DNA of 64,000 nt, taken from NCBI GenBank assembly GCA_965247265.1, contig OZ252002.1, positions 1,962,565 through 2,026,564 on the forward strand. The letters run 5' to 3'. The position numbers were made by a program, and so were the translations under genes. Within the stretch, counting starts at the first letter, position 1; every line of letters starts with the position of its first letter. The DNA comes from Gammaproteobacteria bacterium (lineage in GTDB: Bacteria > Pseudomonadota > Gammaproteobacteria > UBA4575). The notes beneath the pieces were generated by a model. It worked only from the letters and a program-made list of their open reading frames with translations. It searched no databases and was not told the origin of the DNA. Positions 29,013-40,338 of the stretch are shown here, piece by piece.

Positions 29013-30842
29013 TTAATTATTCAATGAGTGAAGTGCTTGGTAAACGTCTTTTGCAAGATTCTTACTAATACCCGGCACTGTAGCAAGCTCATCTATACCT
29101 GCACGTGCAATGCCTCGCAAACCTCCAAAATATTTCAGAAGATTTTGTCTGCGCTTAGGGCCTAAACCAGGTATGTCCTCCAGGGATGAAGTAACACGCT
29201 TTTTTGATCGCCTATTTCGATGGCTGGTAATCGCAAATCGATGCGCCTCATCTCTAATTTGTTGCACTAAATGCAACGCTAAGGAGTGTTCTGCTAAATT
29301 AATAACCTGCCCAATATCTCCAATGATTAAAGTCTCGTTGCCAGGCCGCCTTTCCACTCCCTTAGCAACACCTATAACTTTAACACCTTCAACTTGCAAT
29401 TCTTCGAGCGCATGGATTGCTCTACTTACCTGTCCTTTCCCTCCATCAATGAATAAAATATCGGGTAGTTTCCCTTCACCTTTTTTAAGACGTGTGTAAC
29501 GGCGCGTGAGTGCCTGATGCATCGCTGCATAGTCATCCCCAGGTTCAATACCTTCTATATTAAAGCGTCTGTAGTCACTTTTAATGGGTCCCCCCTGCTC
29601 AAATACAACACATGAAGCAACCGTAGCCTCTCCACTCGTATGGCTCACATCAAAACATTCAATACGTGTCGGTTCAAAATCAAGCGTGAGCTCTTCTTGC
29701 AATGCTTCAAATCGTTGCATCAAGCCTGCCTTAGACGCTAATTTGGCATATAAGGCTATCATTACATTTTTATTTGCGATGTCTAGCCATTTTGCACGCC
29801 TACTTTTATGTGAAGACGATAAAATTATGTTTTTACCCGCCTTGATATTTAACATCTCTTGCACAAGCGCATACTCATCTGGTTTAGTATTCACTATTAC
29901 TTCATCAGGTACTGTATGAGTGAGATAATATTGACCTAAAAATGCAGATAGAATTATTTCTTTGCTAAATGCTTCTGGGAGATTTGGGAAATAACTTTTA
30001 TTGCCGAGATTAACACCAGCACGTATATTAAATACTTGCACACACGCATGCTCTCCTTCGCATTGCACTGCAACAATATCTATATTTTCATCTTTTGAAC
30101 TTACATATTGTTGCTCAGAAACAGCTCGAAGCATTTCAATTTTATCTCGATATTCTGCTGCCTTTTCAAAATCTAAATCAGCCGATGCTCCATCCATACT
30201 TTGCACATAACGGTCAATTAGTTGATGACTATTCCCTTCTAAAAATTCGATTGCGGAGTTAATGTCGTTTCGATACTTTTCTTTACTAATATAATCGACA
30301 CAGGGCGCACTACAACGATCAATTTGATGTTGTAAGCACGGTCGACTACGATGGCTGTAAAAATAATCATCGCACTGTCTAACTTTAAATACCTTTTGAA
30401 GAATACTTAGCGCATTTCTTGCGGCACCCACGCTTGCGTAAGGCCCAAAATATTTCCCGACTTTACTACGGCTGCCGCGGTGAAAAGTTATTTGAGGGAA
30501 CTCATGTTTGGAAGAAATGAAAATATAAGGGTAACTTTTATCATCTCTTAATAAAATATTATAACGCGGCCGATGTTGCTTAATGATGTTATTTTCTAAC
30601 AACAAAGCCTCAGCTTCGGTGTTTGTGATTGTTATCTCTATATTAGCTGCCTGCGAAATCATTTTTGCAATTCGAGGACTTTGCTTATTTTTAGAAAAAT
30701 AAGTTGCAACTCGTTTTTTTAAACTTTTTGCTTTACCCACATAGAGCAACTTGCTATCCGCATCTATCATTCGATAGACACCCGGATCAGTCGTGAGTGT
30801 TTGAATAAATTCCTTTGAATTAAAATTATTTTTGTCGCCCAT
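29013..30842 (-). CDS. uvrC: excinuclease ABC subunit C
   Basis: N-terminal GIY-YIG (GVYRMIDADSKLLYVGKAKSLKKRV), UvrBC domain, C-terminal HhH. 609 aa. Confidence 0.9.
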   Translation of the reverse strand: MGDKNNFNSKEFIQTLTTDPGVYRMIDADSKLLYVGKAKSLKKRVATYFSKNKQSPRIAKMISQAANIEITITNTEAEALLLENNIIKQHRPRYNILLRDDKSYPYIFISSKHEFPQITFHRGSRSKVGKYFGPYASVGAARNALSILQKVFKVRQCDDYFYSHRSRPCLQHQIDRCSAPCVDYISKEKYRNDINSAIEFLEGNSHQLIDRYVQSMDGASADLDFEKAAEYRDKIEMLRAVSEQQYVSSKDENIDIVAVQCEGEHACVQVFNIRAGVNLGNKSYFPNLPEAFSKEIILSAFLGQYYLTHTVPDEVIVNTKPDEYALVQEMLNIKAGKNIILSSSHKSRRAKWLDIANKNVMIALYAKLASKAGLMQRFEALQEELTLDFEPTRIECFDVSHTSGEATVASCVVFEQGGPIKSDYRRFNIEGIEPGDDYAAMHQALTRRYTRLKKGEGKLPDILFIDGGKGQVSRAIHALEELQVEGVKVIGVAKGVERRPGNETLIIGDIGQVINLAEHSLALHLVQQIRDEAHRFAITSHRNRRSKKRVTSSLEDIPGLGPKRRQNLLKYFGGLRGIARAGIDELATVPGISKNLAKDVYQALHSLNN

Positions 30843-30858
30843 ATAAAAGTCAGTAAAT

Positions 30859-31509
30859 CTAGTTTTTGTCTAATATGGATTTTGCTTTTCGAAATATTGC
30901 TTCAAATTGTTTTTGCGTGAGTCGCTTTGTTTGCGTGTTATAGCGACTGCAATGATATGAATCCAAAAGATGTATACTGTTATCCAGCTTAAATAAATTT
31001 GCATGGCCAAATGGATATTGGCTTAGCTTTAAATTAAATGCGCGTAATACTGCATCATGTGCAATTTTACCTAATGCCAGAATTACATTTCCATTCTTTA
31101 GTCCCTGCAGTTCATTTTTTAAATAGCTATTACAGGTTTTAATCTCATCGATTGTAGGCTTATTTGCCGGTGGCACACACTTTACCGCATTAGTGATTCT
31201 ACAATTTTTAAGTTTCAAGGAATCATTGCGACTTTTTGATACCGCATGCGATGAAAAATTAAACTTATGCAATGTCTCATATAAGAGCACTCCTGCATAA
31301 TCTCCAGTGAATGGCCTGCCTGTGGCATTGGCGCCATGTAACCCGGGAGCTAACCCTACAATTAATAGACATGCATTTTTGTCGCCAAAAGCAGGAACCG
31401 GCTTACAGTAATAGGAAGGAAATTTTGATTTGGAATTTTTTAAAAATTCAGCAAGACGTGTACACTTTGTGCAATTTTCTTCATAGATTAATGATTTCGA
31501 AATAGCCAA
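30859..31509 (-). CDS. uracil-DNA glycosylase, family 4 (Fe-S type)
   Basis: CxxC (CTKCTRL), ...GDKNACLLIVGLAPG... and ...NAVKCVPP motifs. Confidence 0.75.
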   Translation of the reverse strand: MAISKSLIYEENCTKCTRLAEFLKNSKSKFPSYYCKPVPAFGDKNACLLIVGLAPGLHGANATGRPFTGDYAGVLLYETLHKFNFSSHAVSKSRNDSLKLKNCRITNAVKCVPPANKPTIDEIKTCNSYLKNELQGLKNGNVILALGKIAHDAVLRAFNLKLSQYPFGHANLFKLDNSIHLLDSYHCSRYNTQTKRLTQKQFEAIFRKAKSILDKN

Positions 31510-31527
31510 CAGTGTGTTTAACTACTG

Positions 31528-32496
31528 TTAGAATTTAAGCAGCGCAGAACCCCAGGTGAACCCTCCGCCAAATGCCTCAAACATAAGTGTTTCGCCTTTT
31601 TTAATTCGTCCATCACGAACTGCTACATCTAGTGCAAGTGGTATAGATGCTGCAGAGGTATTCCCATGCTCCATTACAGTTACGACTACTTGCTCCATAG
31701 ACATCTTTAATTTTCTCGCCGTTGCTTCAATGATGCGATTATTTGCCTGGTGCGGCACCAGCCAATCAATATCACTCTTACCAATATTATTTGCCTCTAA
31801 TGTCTCATCGACAATTCTTCCCAAGGTATTAACCGCCATTTTAAAAACTGCATTTCCTTCCATGTGCACATACGCTTCACCAGCTTTTAGCTGCTCATAC
31901 CCCATAGAGATGCCATGAGGAACATGCAGCAAGTGTTCATAACTGCCATCTGCATGTAAATGTGTGGAAAAGATACCGGGCTCTTTTGCTGCTTCAAGAA
32001 TAATAGCACCTGCGCCATCGCCAAATAAAACACATGTACTGCGATCTTTCCAATCTAAAATGCGTGATAATGTTTCAGATCCAACTACTAACGCACATTT
32101 TGCAGCGCCTGTACGAATAAATTTGTCTGCAATTGCTAACGCATACACAAATCCTGTGCAAACTGCTTGTACATCAAAGGCCGCACACCCATGCACATCC
32201 ATGCGTTTTTGCAGCAGACATGCGGTGCTTGGGAAAATTTTATCGGGCGTTGTGGTGGCGACAATGATTAAATCGATATCCGTTTTCGCCCTTTCAGCCA
32301 TTTCTAATGCGCGCCTTGCAGCACCTACCGCAAGATCACATGTGGTTTCACCATCGGCCGCGATATGTCGATTTTTAATTCCTGTACGTTCTTGAATCCA
32401 TTTGTCTGAGGTATCAACTATTTTTTCGAGATCTTTATTTGACAGTGCTTTGTCTGGCAAATAGCCACCCGTCCCTGTGATTTTTGAATAATTCAT
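31528..32496 (-). CDS. fabH: 3-oxoacyl-ACP synthase III
   Basis: ...[16 protein letters not shown] (active-site Cys), His/Asn motifs. 322 aa. Confidence 0.9.
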   Translation of the reverse strand: MNYSKITGTGGYLPDKALSNKDLEKIVDTSDKWIQERTGIKNRHIAADGETTCDLAVGAARRALEMAERAKTDIDLIIVATTTPDKIFPSTACLLQKRMDVHGCAAFDVQAVCTGFVYALAIADKFIRTGAAKCALVVGSETLSRILDWKDRSTCVLFGDGAGAIILEAAKEPGIFSTHLHADGSYEHLLHVPHGISMGYEQLKAGEAYVHMEGNAVFKMAVNTLGRIVDETLEANNIGKSDIDWLVPHQANNRIIEATARKLKMSMEQVVVTVMEHGNTSAASIPLALDVAVRDGRIKKGETLMFEAFGGGFTWGSALLKF

Positions 32497-33518
32497 GCTG
32501 CGCTTTTGTGATTTAAATATTCATGTATTCGTGTATCAATTTGTTTGGGCACCTGTTTGATGGATTCTATACGTGCAATGTTAATTGCGTGCTGGAAAGA
32601 GAATGCATCTGCACCCCCATGGCTCTTAATTACAACGCCTCGTAAACCTAAAAAACTTGCACCATTATAACATCTTGGATCTATACGTTTCCTAAATGCT
32701 TTAAGTACGGGCAATGCCATCAACCCACAAAATTTTGTAAAAAGATTACGATTAAATTCTAATTTTGCATAGTGAGATATAATTTTTGCTACACCTTCAC
32801 TAGTTTTTAACGCTACATTTCCTACAAATCCATCACACACCACTACATCCACATCGCCGCAGTAAATATCATCACCTTCAACATAGCCGATATAATTTAA
32901 TCCACTTTGTTTAAGCACATCATTGGCTTCTTTAACTTGCTCATTACCTTTAATTTCTTCTTGACCGATGTTAAGCAAACCAATTCTAGGATTTTTTATT
33001 TCATCAACAGCTGTGGCTAAGACGGCTCCCATCACAGCAAATTGGAGCAGGTGTTTACTTGTGCAACCCACATTTGCACCTAAATCAAGCATGTAGGTCT
33101 GGCCATGAATGGATGGAATTGTGCTTGTGATAGCGGGTCGATCTATGCCAAGTAGCATTTTTAGCACATATCGTGCCGTCGCCATTAATGCGCCCGTGTT
33201 GCCCGCACTAACACATGCATCCGCCGTCCCTTCTTTCACAAGATTAATAGCAACACGCATAGACGAGTCTTTTTTATTCCGCAACGCTTGGGATGGATGC
33301 TCGCCCATCTCCACACATTGGCTTGCGTGATTAATTTTCAGTCGCTCGTAGGGCCTAATATTAAGCTTATTCAGCTCAGTCGTTATCATTTGCTGATCTC
33401 CCACTAAAATTAGCGACGTATCTTGATTGCTTTGCAGGTAATCTACGGCGGCCTTGGCTACTACACCGGGCCCAAAGTCACCACCCATAGCATCTAGCGA
33501 TACCGTAAAATTTGTCAC
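32493..33518 (-). CDS. plsX: phosphate acyltransferase PlsX
   Basis: [17 protein letters not shown].... 341 aa. Overlaps fabH by 4 nt. Confidence 0.9.
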   Translation of the reverse strand: MTNFTVSLDAMGGDFGPGVVAKAAVDYLQSNQDTSLILVGDQQMITTELNKLNIRPYERLKINHASQCVEMGEHPSQALRNKKDSSMRVAINLVKEGTADACVSAGNTGALMATARYVLKMLLGIDRPAITSTIPSIHGQTYMLDLGANVGCTSKHLLQFAVMGAVLATAVDEIKNPRIGLLNIGQEEIKGNEQVKEANDVLKQSGLNYIGYVEGDDIYCGDVDVVVCDGFVGNVALKTSEGVAKIISHYAKLEFNRNLFTKFCGLMALPVLKAFRKRIDPRCYNGASFLGLRGVVIKSHGGADAFSFQHAINIARIESIKQVPKQIDTRIHEYLNHKSAA

Positions 33519-33624
33519 TTAAGATTAGAATTCAAATAAATGAATTTGCGTGTTTGGGAAATTAAAATACGTTACTTATCAATGAATTAAAATGTATATT
33601 TAAATTGAGTGCTAATTAAAAATA

Positions 33625-33822
33625 TTATTCTTCATCATCGTCATACTCTTCAGGTTTAGCAATAACTTGTCTGCCTCGATAAAACCCATCTGGTGAAATT
33701 TGGTGGCGCAGGTGTGTTTCGCCTGTTGTACTATCAACGGACAAAGCTGGCGTGATCAGCGAATCGTGTGCTCGACGCATATCTCTCTTTGAACGTGTTT
33801 TTCGGCTTTTTTGCACCGCCAT
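33625..33822 (-). CDS. rpmF: 50S ribosomal protein L32
   Basis: [22 protein letters not shown].... Confidence 0.9.
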   Translation of the reverse strand: MAVQKSRKTRSKRDMRRAHDSLITPALSVDSTTGETHLRHQISPDGFYRGRQVIAKPEEYDDDEE

Positions 33823-33840
33823 TTGATTTCTCCATACATT

Positions 33841-34398
33841 CTAGCGTTTCAGTATAGCAAAAGGATTATCCGCTTTTTGAGCTGGCTCCTTGTTCAAGGC
33901 GAGCCAAGCTACCATATCTTGGTTACATAAGGAAATATCCTGATGTTTGGGGGCCAATGGCAGCGCTAGGAGTAATTCATCTTCGATTAAATTGGCTAAT
34001 TCAAGGCTATTGTCAGAATATTCATAAAACTCGTACTCCTCATTCTCTTTAGCCACAGATTCATTTTCAGACTTCAGTAAAACTTGAATTGTTGGTTCTA
34101 GTACAATTTTAACCTCATCTAAACAACGTTCACAGCGCATGCCAAGCGCATAACTTACTTTTCCAGATATTCTAGGCAGGCCATAAAGCCCAAAAGAAAA
34201 TTGCAATTGAACCAAAACTTCCGGCCCCATTGAAAGTGCAACATTTTTTAATCGTGACATCCCGTTAGCAGGAAGGGTCCCCACTAATTCACGATTTTGA
34301 TCCACCATAAGTTTAGGATCAAATTGATGAGGAAAAACCTTTTTTTCAGGCTGTGACATTATTAGTAATATGCCTAAATATTTAAGATAATTATACAA
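33841..34398 (-). CDS. yceD: YceD/DUF177 large-subunit accumulation protein
   Basis: Conserved position upstream of rpmF. CxxC...CxxC pattern (CERCLDE...). Confidence 0.7.
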   Translation of the reverse strand: MYNYLKYLGILLIMSQPEKKVFPHQFDPKLMVDQNRELVGTLPANGMSRLKNVALSMGPEVLVQLQFSFGLYGLPRISGKVSYALGMRCERCLDEVKIVLEPTIQVLLKSENESVAKENEEYEFYEYSDNSLELANLIEDELLLALPLAPKHQDISLCNQDMVAWLALNKEPAQKADNPFAILKR

Positions 34399-34432
34399 AA
34401 GCTTCGAGTCAGTTCAATAATCATCGATTTAT

Positions 34433-35020
34433 ATGAAAATTATTTTGGCATCTAGCTCTCCTTACAGGAAAAAATTGTTAAACACTTTGCTGCCTTCGTT
34501 AACTTGCATCGCTCCAAATATTAATGAATCTTTACATGAAGGAGAATCACCCGCCAAGAATGTAACTCGGCTTTCATTCGAAAAAGCAAAAGCAGTATCA
34601 CATCAATTAGGAAATGCTCTTATTTATTGGTTCAGATCAATGTGCAGAACTAAATGGGAATATAATTTGTAAACCTAATGATCATAATGAAGCATTCAAT
34701 CAACTATCAGCCGTTAGTGGCAAACAAGTTACTTTTTACACTGGCCTATGCCTACTCAATTCAAAAAGTAAGGCCCATCAGGTATGTTGCGAAACATTTC
34801 AAGTCCAATTTCGTGATTTAAAAAACGAACAAATTACAGCTTATTTAAAAAGAGATGAGCCTTATGATTGTGCAGGAAGTTTTAAATCAGAAAGTTTAGG
34901 GTTAAGCACTGTTTAAAAAAATGCAGGGTGATGACCCTAACACACTCATAGGCTTGCCAATGATTAGGCTTATTTCAATGTTGTCCAATGAAGGCATCGA
35001 TGTATTAACAAATTCAGCCT
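34433..35020 (+). pseudogene. maf: Maf-like nucleotide pyrophosphatase with two +1 frameshifts in T-runs
   Basis: MKIILASSSPYRKKLL... shifts to ...IGSDQCAELNGNIICKP...FYTGLCLLN...CAGSFKSESLGL and shifts again to ...DPNTLIGLPMIRL.... The shifts are near 34620 and 34915. Confidence 0.7.
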
Positions 35021-35038
35021 TATAAATTGTTAACTATA

Positions 35039-36013
35039 CTAATTTAAAGTTGGAAACGTAATGACTTCTCGAATAGATTTTACTAGCGCACTACCCAATC
35101 TTTCAGCAAATTGCTGAAAATAATCTTGCCGGTATGTGTAATCATGAATCTCTTCGATACCAACAACCTCACGCGCAACATAGCTTGCACTTCCAAATCC
35201 ATCAACAAGGCCTAATTCTAGTGCTTGCTCCCCAGTCCAAAACAAACCACTAAACATTTTTTCATCTTTAGCAAGCCTGTCACCTCTGCCTTCTTTAACT
35301 ACATCAATAAATTGTTGATGGATATCGTCCAGGAGTGCTTGCACATGTAACTTTTCAAATTCATCTTCTGGTGAAAATGGATCAAGAATTGCCTTATGTT
35401 CACCTGCTGTCATTAATCTTCGTTCAATACCTAGCTTTTCTATTGCGTCCACAAAACCAAAACCATCCATACGCACACCGATTGACCCAACAATACTGGC
35501 TTTGTTAGCATAAATTTTATCAGCAGCAACTGCAGCAAATACGCCTCCTGATGCACAAATATCAGCAACTACTGCATAAAGCGGTTTTCCCGGATGTAGC
35601 TCACGAAGTCTTTTAATTTCATGATTGATATAGCTTGCTTGTACTGGACTTCCACCAGGGCTATTAATTCTTAATATTACCGCGGCAGATTTTTCGCTCT
35701 TAAATGCCTCACGTAATCCAGATACCACGTTACCGGCACTTGCATTTTCACCGTGTGCAATAATGCCTTCGAGCTCGACCAGTGCAGTATGCTGCCCACC
35801 TGAAGACAAGTCCAACATATCCCAGTCAATTAGGCTAATTAGAAAAATTGACACATAGGCAAAACCGAGAATTTTAAAAAAGATTCCCCAGCGACGCGCT
35901 CGACGCTGTTCTTTAAGGGCATTTGTAGCGAGTTTTTCAATAATATCACGCTCCCACTTAGAGGTCGTTCGATCATCGCTTGAGAGCTTGTCTAAACTAA
36001 TTTTTGGCTCCAT
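35039..36013 (-). CDS. S49-family peptidase (SohB/SppA-like)
   Basis: N-terminal TM segment, then ...RINSPGGSPVQAS...DICASGGVFAA... is the ClpP/S49 fold. Confidence 0.7.
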   Translation of the reverse strand: MEPKISLDKLSSDDRTTSKWERDIIEKLATNALKEQRRARRWGIFFKILGFAYVSIFLISLIDWDMLDLSSGGQHTALVELEGIIAHGENASAGNVVSGLREAFKSEKSAAVILRINSPGGSPVQASYINHEIKRLRELHPGKPLYAVVADICASGGVFAAVAADKIYANKASIVGSIGVRMDGFGFVDAIEKLGIERRLMTAGEHKAILDPFSPEDEFEKLHVQALLDDIHQQFIDVVKEGRGDRLAKDEKMFSGLFWTGEQALELGLVDGFGSASYVAREVVGIEEIHDYTYRQDYFQQFAERLGSALVKSIREVITFPTLN

Positions 36014-36137
36014 AGCCTATTTTCACCTTACTACTAATTTATATATAGCTTTCAGTAAACAACATCCTGTGAACCAAATCAAATCCATTCAACATGCAAA
36101 TCAATAATTCCATCTTAAGGTAATTGATGTGATCGTC

Positions 36138-37082
36138 TTATGACGCTAAGCCTTCTAAAAATGACTCTAAATTTATCTCCAGAGGTGCTGAAAAACTGTA
36201 TTTTCTACCACTTTCTTCCATCTGAAATGAAATAGATGCCGCATGCAGAAACATGCGATTCAATCCCATTTTCTTACATTCACGATTAATTGAAAAATCA
36301 CCATGTTTTTGGTCACCAACCACAGGATGATTTAGTCCTGCGGCATGTATACGTATTTGGTGTGTGCGACCTGTGCCAATTTCAACATCTAATAGTGAAA
36401 ATGCCTGATAAATTTTTCGAGGATGAAACTTTGTTTCAGCCTGTTTTTCGAATGAAGTGTGGTTATTATCTTCTGAGAATAATTCAGATTTGTTTTTTAC
36501 ATTTATCGCCGCGTTGACCATTTTAGTGCCTAGTTCCCATTTGCCTTTCACTAGTGCTACGTATTCTTTTCTGATCTTCTTTGCACGCAGCAGATCATGC
36601 AATGCATTCAACATACGTTTATTTTTTGCAATGAGCAGACATCCACTTGTTTGTCGATCAAGCCGATGCACGAGCTCCAAGTACGGTGCTGCTGGTCTTG
36701 AGGCCCTTAGAATATCAATTACACCGAATGAAACACGCGTCCCAGAATGTACGGCAACTCCTGCAGGTTTATTGATAACAATAAGATCTTCATCTTCGTA
36801 CAAAATTGATGAAGTTACTTGATGGCGCGCTTCATTTGTAATTACCACTCCATTTTGCTGTGACGTTGTTACACGTAGATCCGGAATAAATACTTTATCG
36901 TTCGTTTGTAATCGATAAATTTGCTTCACGCGCTTGCCATTTACTCGAATTTTTCTAGTGCGCAATAATTTATATATTAGACTTTTAGGGACTCCTTTAA
37001 GATGAGTAATTAAGAAATTATCAATACGTTGCCCGTCTTTATTAGCATCAACAATTTTAATGGAACCATTCATGACAGACAT
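36138..37082 (-). CDS. rluC: 23S rRNA pseudouridine synthase C
   Basis: S4 domain ...GQRIDNFLITHLKGVPKSLIYKLLR.... Catalytic ...HRLDRQTSGCLLIAK.... Divergent from rne as in E. coli. Confidence 0.85.
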   Translation of the reverse strand: MSVMNGSIKIVDANKDGQRIDNFLITHLKGVPKSLIYKLLRTRKIRVNGKRVKQIYRLQTNDKVFIPDLRVTTSQQNGVVITNEARHQVTSSILYEDEDLIVINKPAGVAVHSGTRVSFGVIDILRASRPAAPYLELVHRLDRQTSGCLLIAKNKRMLNALHDLLRAKKIRKEYVALVKGKWELGTKMVNAAINVKNKSELFSEDNNHTSFEKQAETKFHPRKIYQAFSLLDVEIGTGRTHQIRIHAAGLNHPVVGDQKHGDFSINRECKKMGLNRMFLHAASISFQMEESGRKYSFSAPLEINLESFLEGLAS

Positions 37083-37509
37083 TTGACCGCCAGCTATCGA
37101 TTGAAAACATACTATGGACCTATTTGCTGGACTAGGCAGAGATTGATATAGTTAATCCTGTGAAATTTGAAACAGTTACGCAATATTTTAGCGTACGGTG
37201 CCAAAAAGAGAGCTATTTGTTTCACGTTGGTGCACCTTGATTTCCTACGCTTCATAACATTGATTCAAAATTTTAGTTGTTGTGAAGATAAATTTGAGTG
37301 CGTTTTGAACCCTAGTTGGGTTTCAAACATGCTATTCAAAGAACGTATATACAAAATGATTAGTATTTTAAGTATCACAATTCATTATCTCCTTCGGCAA
37401 TTTTCCGTAGATACAGCAAATCCAACAAACTACTGTTGGCTGAATGTAATGACTGATTCATCTAGGAATAACCATGCTCGAAGGATACACATATCCAATA
37501 GAGTAAATT
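37083..37509 (+). promoter_or_regulatory. rne promoter and long 5' leader
   Basis: 427-nt AT-rich gap between the divergent rluC and rne. In E. coli this leader is autoregulatory. ORF 37167..37628 here is judged spurious. Confidence 0.4.
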
Positions 37510-39504
37510 ATGAAAAGAATTTTAATCAATGCCACACAGCAAGAAGAATTACGTGTGGGGATGGTCGATGGACAGCGACTATACGATCTCGATATCGAAT
37601 TACCCTCTCGAAACCAAAAGAAAGATAACGTATATAAGGGTGAAATCACCCGAATTGAACCTAGCTTAGAAGCAGCTTTTATAAATTATGGTGCAAAACG
37701 CCACGGTTTTTTACCGTTCAAAGAAATTGCGCGTGGCTATTTAGGTAGCTCATCTAGTAATGACAGTGAACGCCAACCTATCAAAGACCTCCTGTCTGAG
37801 GGCCAAAAGCTCATCATTCAAGTTGATCGTGAAGAGCGTGGCAATAAAGGCGCTGCACTAACCACCTATATCAGTCTTGCAGGGCGTTACCTTGTGCTAA
37901 TGCCTAATAATCCTCGTGCTGGTGGTGTATCTCGACGCATTGAAGGTGATGAACGTGAAGAAATCAGAAATACACTTTCTCAGCTAGAAATACCTAATGG
38001 GATGGGTGTCATTGTTCGCACTGTAGGTGTGGGACGTTCAGCAGAAGAATTACAGTGGGACCTAAACTACTTACTACAAATTAACGACGCTATTTTAAAA
38101 GCCTCAGATATACAAGATGAACCATTTTTAATTTATCAGGAAAGTAATGTCATTATCCGAGCGCTGCGCGATCACCTTAGAGATGACATTGGTGAAATCA
38201 TCATTGATGATGAAAACGTCTATGGCGATGCAAAAAAGTTTGTTGAACAGGTTATGCCACACAACCTGAAAAAACTTAAACTTTATGAAGATACTGTTCC
38301 ATTATTTAATCGATATCAAATTGAATCACAAATTGAAACTGCGTTTACTCGAGAAGTCTCCTTACCATCTGGTGGCTCGATTGTTATAGATCTTACCGAA
38401 GCATTAATTTCAATTGATATTAATTCTGCACGTGCCACAAAAGGTAGTGATATTGAAGAAACTGCATTGAACACCAATCTTGAAGCTGCAGATGAAATTA
38501 CAAGGCAACTACGTTTGCGTGATATCGGTGGGCTTATTGTTATCGACTTTATTGACATGATGTCAAACAAAAACCAACGAGATGTTGAAAATCGATTACG
38601 CGATGCACTGCAAATAGACCGTGCACGCGTTCAATTTGGAAGAATATCCCGCTTTGGCTTACTTGAAATGTCACGACAAAGACTTCGACCCTCACTTGAT
38701 GAATCAAGCCAAATTGTATGTCCACGTTGTACAGGTCATGGGACCATACGAAGCATAGAATCACTTGCCTTAGCTGTCCTTCGGCTCATAGAAGATGAAG
38801 CTATGAAAGAAAAAACTGGCAAGGTCATTGCCAAATTGCCGGTTGATGTAACCAGCTTTTTACTCAATGAAAAACGCAGTGTAATTAGTGAAATTGAAGC
38901 GCGCCATACGGTACAGCTAATAATTGTTCCTGATCCTAACTTAGAAACACCTCATTTTTCTGTAGAGCGAATTCGTGATGACGACAAAGAAACCAGTAAA
39001 ACGTCAAGCTATGAGCTAATTCCTCAAGAAGAAGCGACCGTTAACTTATCGAGTCAGCCTGCCGTAGCGGTAGAACAGCCGGCGGTCAAATCAATTCAAG
39101 CTGCGACCCCTGCCCCAATCCCACAAAAACCAGTATCTACTTCTTCTAAGCCTGGCATTTTCACTCGACTATTTGCTTGGCTGTTTGCTAAAGAAGAACC
39201 AAAAAAATCTAAACAACACAATAAAAGTTATAAGCACAGTAGCCGTCAGCGAAATTATCGAAGTAATTCAAATAACCGTAATCGTACTGGTAGTCACAGA
39301 AGACGGGGTCCGCGCGATGCTGGGCGAAACAATAATCGCAGAAGAAATGATAATTCTCGTCGAACATCAAGTCCACGCGGCCAAAATAATAAACAAAATG
39401 GGAAAAATCATAATAGCCAGTCAGATACGAGCAAACCATCATACTCAGAATCTAACGCTAATAAGCAACCTAGCAAACAATCTAATTCTGAAAAAACAAT
39501 TTAA
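37510..39504 (+). CDS. rne: ribonuclease E (664 aa, short form with N/R/S-rich tail)
   Basis: [75 protein letters not shown] is near-identical to the E. coli Rne N-terminus. Confidence 0.9.
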   Translation: MKRILINATQQEELRVGMVDGQRLYDLDIELPSRNQKKDNVYKGEITRIEPSLEAAFINYGAKRHGFLPFKEIARGYLGSSSSNDSERQPIKDLLSEGQKLIIQVDREERGNKGAALTTYISLAGRYLVLMPNNPRAGGVSRRIEGDEREEIRNTLSQLEIPNGMGVIVRTVGVGRSAEELQWDLNYLLQINDAILKASDIQDEPFLIYQESNVIIRALRDHLRDDIGEIIIDDENVYGDAKKFVEQVMPHNLKKLKLYEDTVPLFNRYQIESQIETAFTREVSLPSGGSIVIDLTEALISIDINSARATKGSDIEETALNTNLEAADEITRQLRLRDIGGLIVIDFIDMMSNKNQRDVENRLRDALQIDRARVQFGRISRFGLLEMSRQRLRPSLDESSQIVCPRCTGHGTIRSIESLALAVLRLIEDEAMKEKTGKVIAKLPVDVTSFLLNEKRSVISEIEARHTVQLIIVPDPNLETPHFSVERIRDDDKETSKTSSYELIPQEEATVNLSSQPAVAVEQPAVKSIQAATPAPIPQKPVSTSSKPGIFTRLFAWLFAKEEPKKSKQHNKSYKHSSRQRNYRSNSNNRNRTGSHRRRGPRDAGRNNNRRRNDNSRRTSSPRGQNNKQNGKNHNSQSDTSKPSYSESNANKQPSKQSNSEKTI

Positions 39505-39535
39505 AACTAATTGAAAAGAATTGTACATATAGAGT

Positions 39536-40066
39536 TTATTTATGTTTTTTGAACTCTAATGAATGATTCACGTTGATAAATTTAAGCAGCCCTGCACTTG
39601 CTTCTTCAATTACGTCTAAAGCCGTTTCAAACCCACTTAAGCCACCATAATATGGGTCTGGAACTTCTTTGTTTTTAGATTTTGTAGCGTAATATGAAAA
39701 TAGTTTTACTTTTTTTGTATATTTCGAATCACATAATGCTAATAAGTCTTGTTTAACCCCGAGATCCATAGCCAAGACATAGTCAAATCGTAAGAAATCT
39801 TCTTCTTCGATTTTACGCGCACGAATTATGTTCAAATCATAGCCACGATTTGCCGCTGCTGCACATGCGCGCGAATCTGGTTTATCTCCTGCGTGATATG
39901 CATACGTGCCAGCTGAATCAATTCCAATTGAATCATTTAAATGTTGGTCTTTAACGAGCTTTTGAAACACACCATGAGCCGTTGGCGAACGACATATATT
40001 GCCCATGCACACAAATAGCACATTCACCATTTTAGTGTCGCTTTTTTTCGTTTTAAATATTTTCAA
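39536..40066 (-). CDS. low-molecular-weight protein-tyrosine phosphatase
   Basis: P-loop VLFVCMGNICRSPTAHG (CX5R). Confidence 0.8.
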   Translation of the reverse strand: MKIFKTKKSDTKMVNVLFVCMGNICRSPTAHGVFQKLVKDQHLNDSIGIDSAGTYAYHAGDKPDSRACAAAANRGYDLNIIRARKIEEEDFLRFDYVLAMDLGVKQDLLALCDSKYTKKVKLFSYYATKSKNKEVPDPYYGGLSGFETALDVIEEASAGLLKFINVNHSLEFKKHK

Positions 40067-40326
40067 CGCTTGTGCTTTTGATCAATATTGGCGGATGGAT
40101 CTTTTAGAGCTCTAACGATTAACCTTCCACAGGTTAATCCAAGAAACCAAGTAAAAAATATTTTCCATGCATTCATCTTTTCGAGTGTAACTGCATTTTT
40201 ATAATAAGCCTGTACATCATCGTTTGATGCGCCTTCGAAAAACAGCATGTCTACAGGAAACAACACGAAAGTTATGATTAATGCAACAACTAGTAATACT
40301 AAATGAATTTTAACTAGTTGCTTCAC
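40063..40326 (-). CDS. small membrane protein, hypothetical
   Basis: Two TM segments. Overlaps the downstream gene. Confidence 0.35.
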   Translation of the reverse strand: MKQLVKIHLVLLVVALIITFVLFPVDMLFFEGASNDDVQAYYKNAVTLEKMNAWKIFFTWFLGLTCGRLIVRALKDPSANIDQKHKR

Positions 40327-40338
40327 TTTAATTCAAAA

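Noticed and set aside
37167-37628. 153-aa ORF spanning the rluC-rne intergenic region
   Set aside because: It overlaps the conserved rne start. The region is the expected long rne 5' leader.
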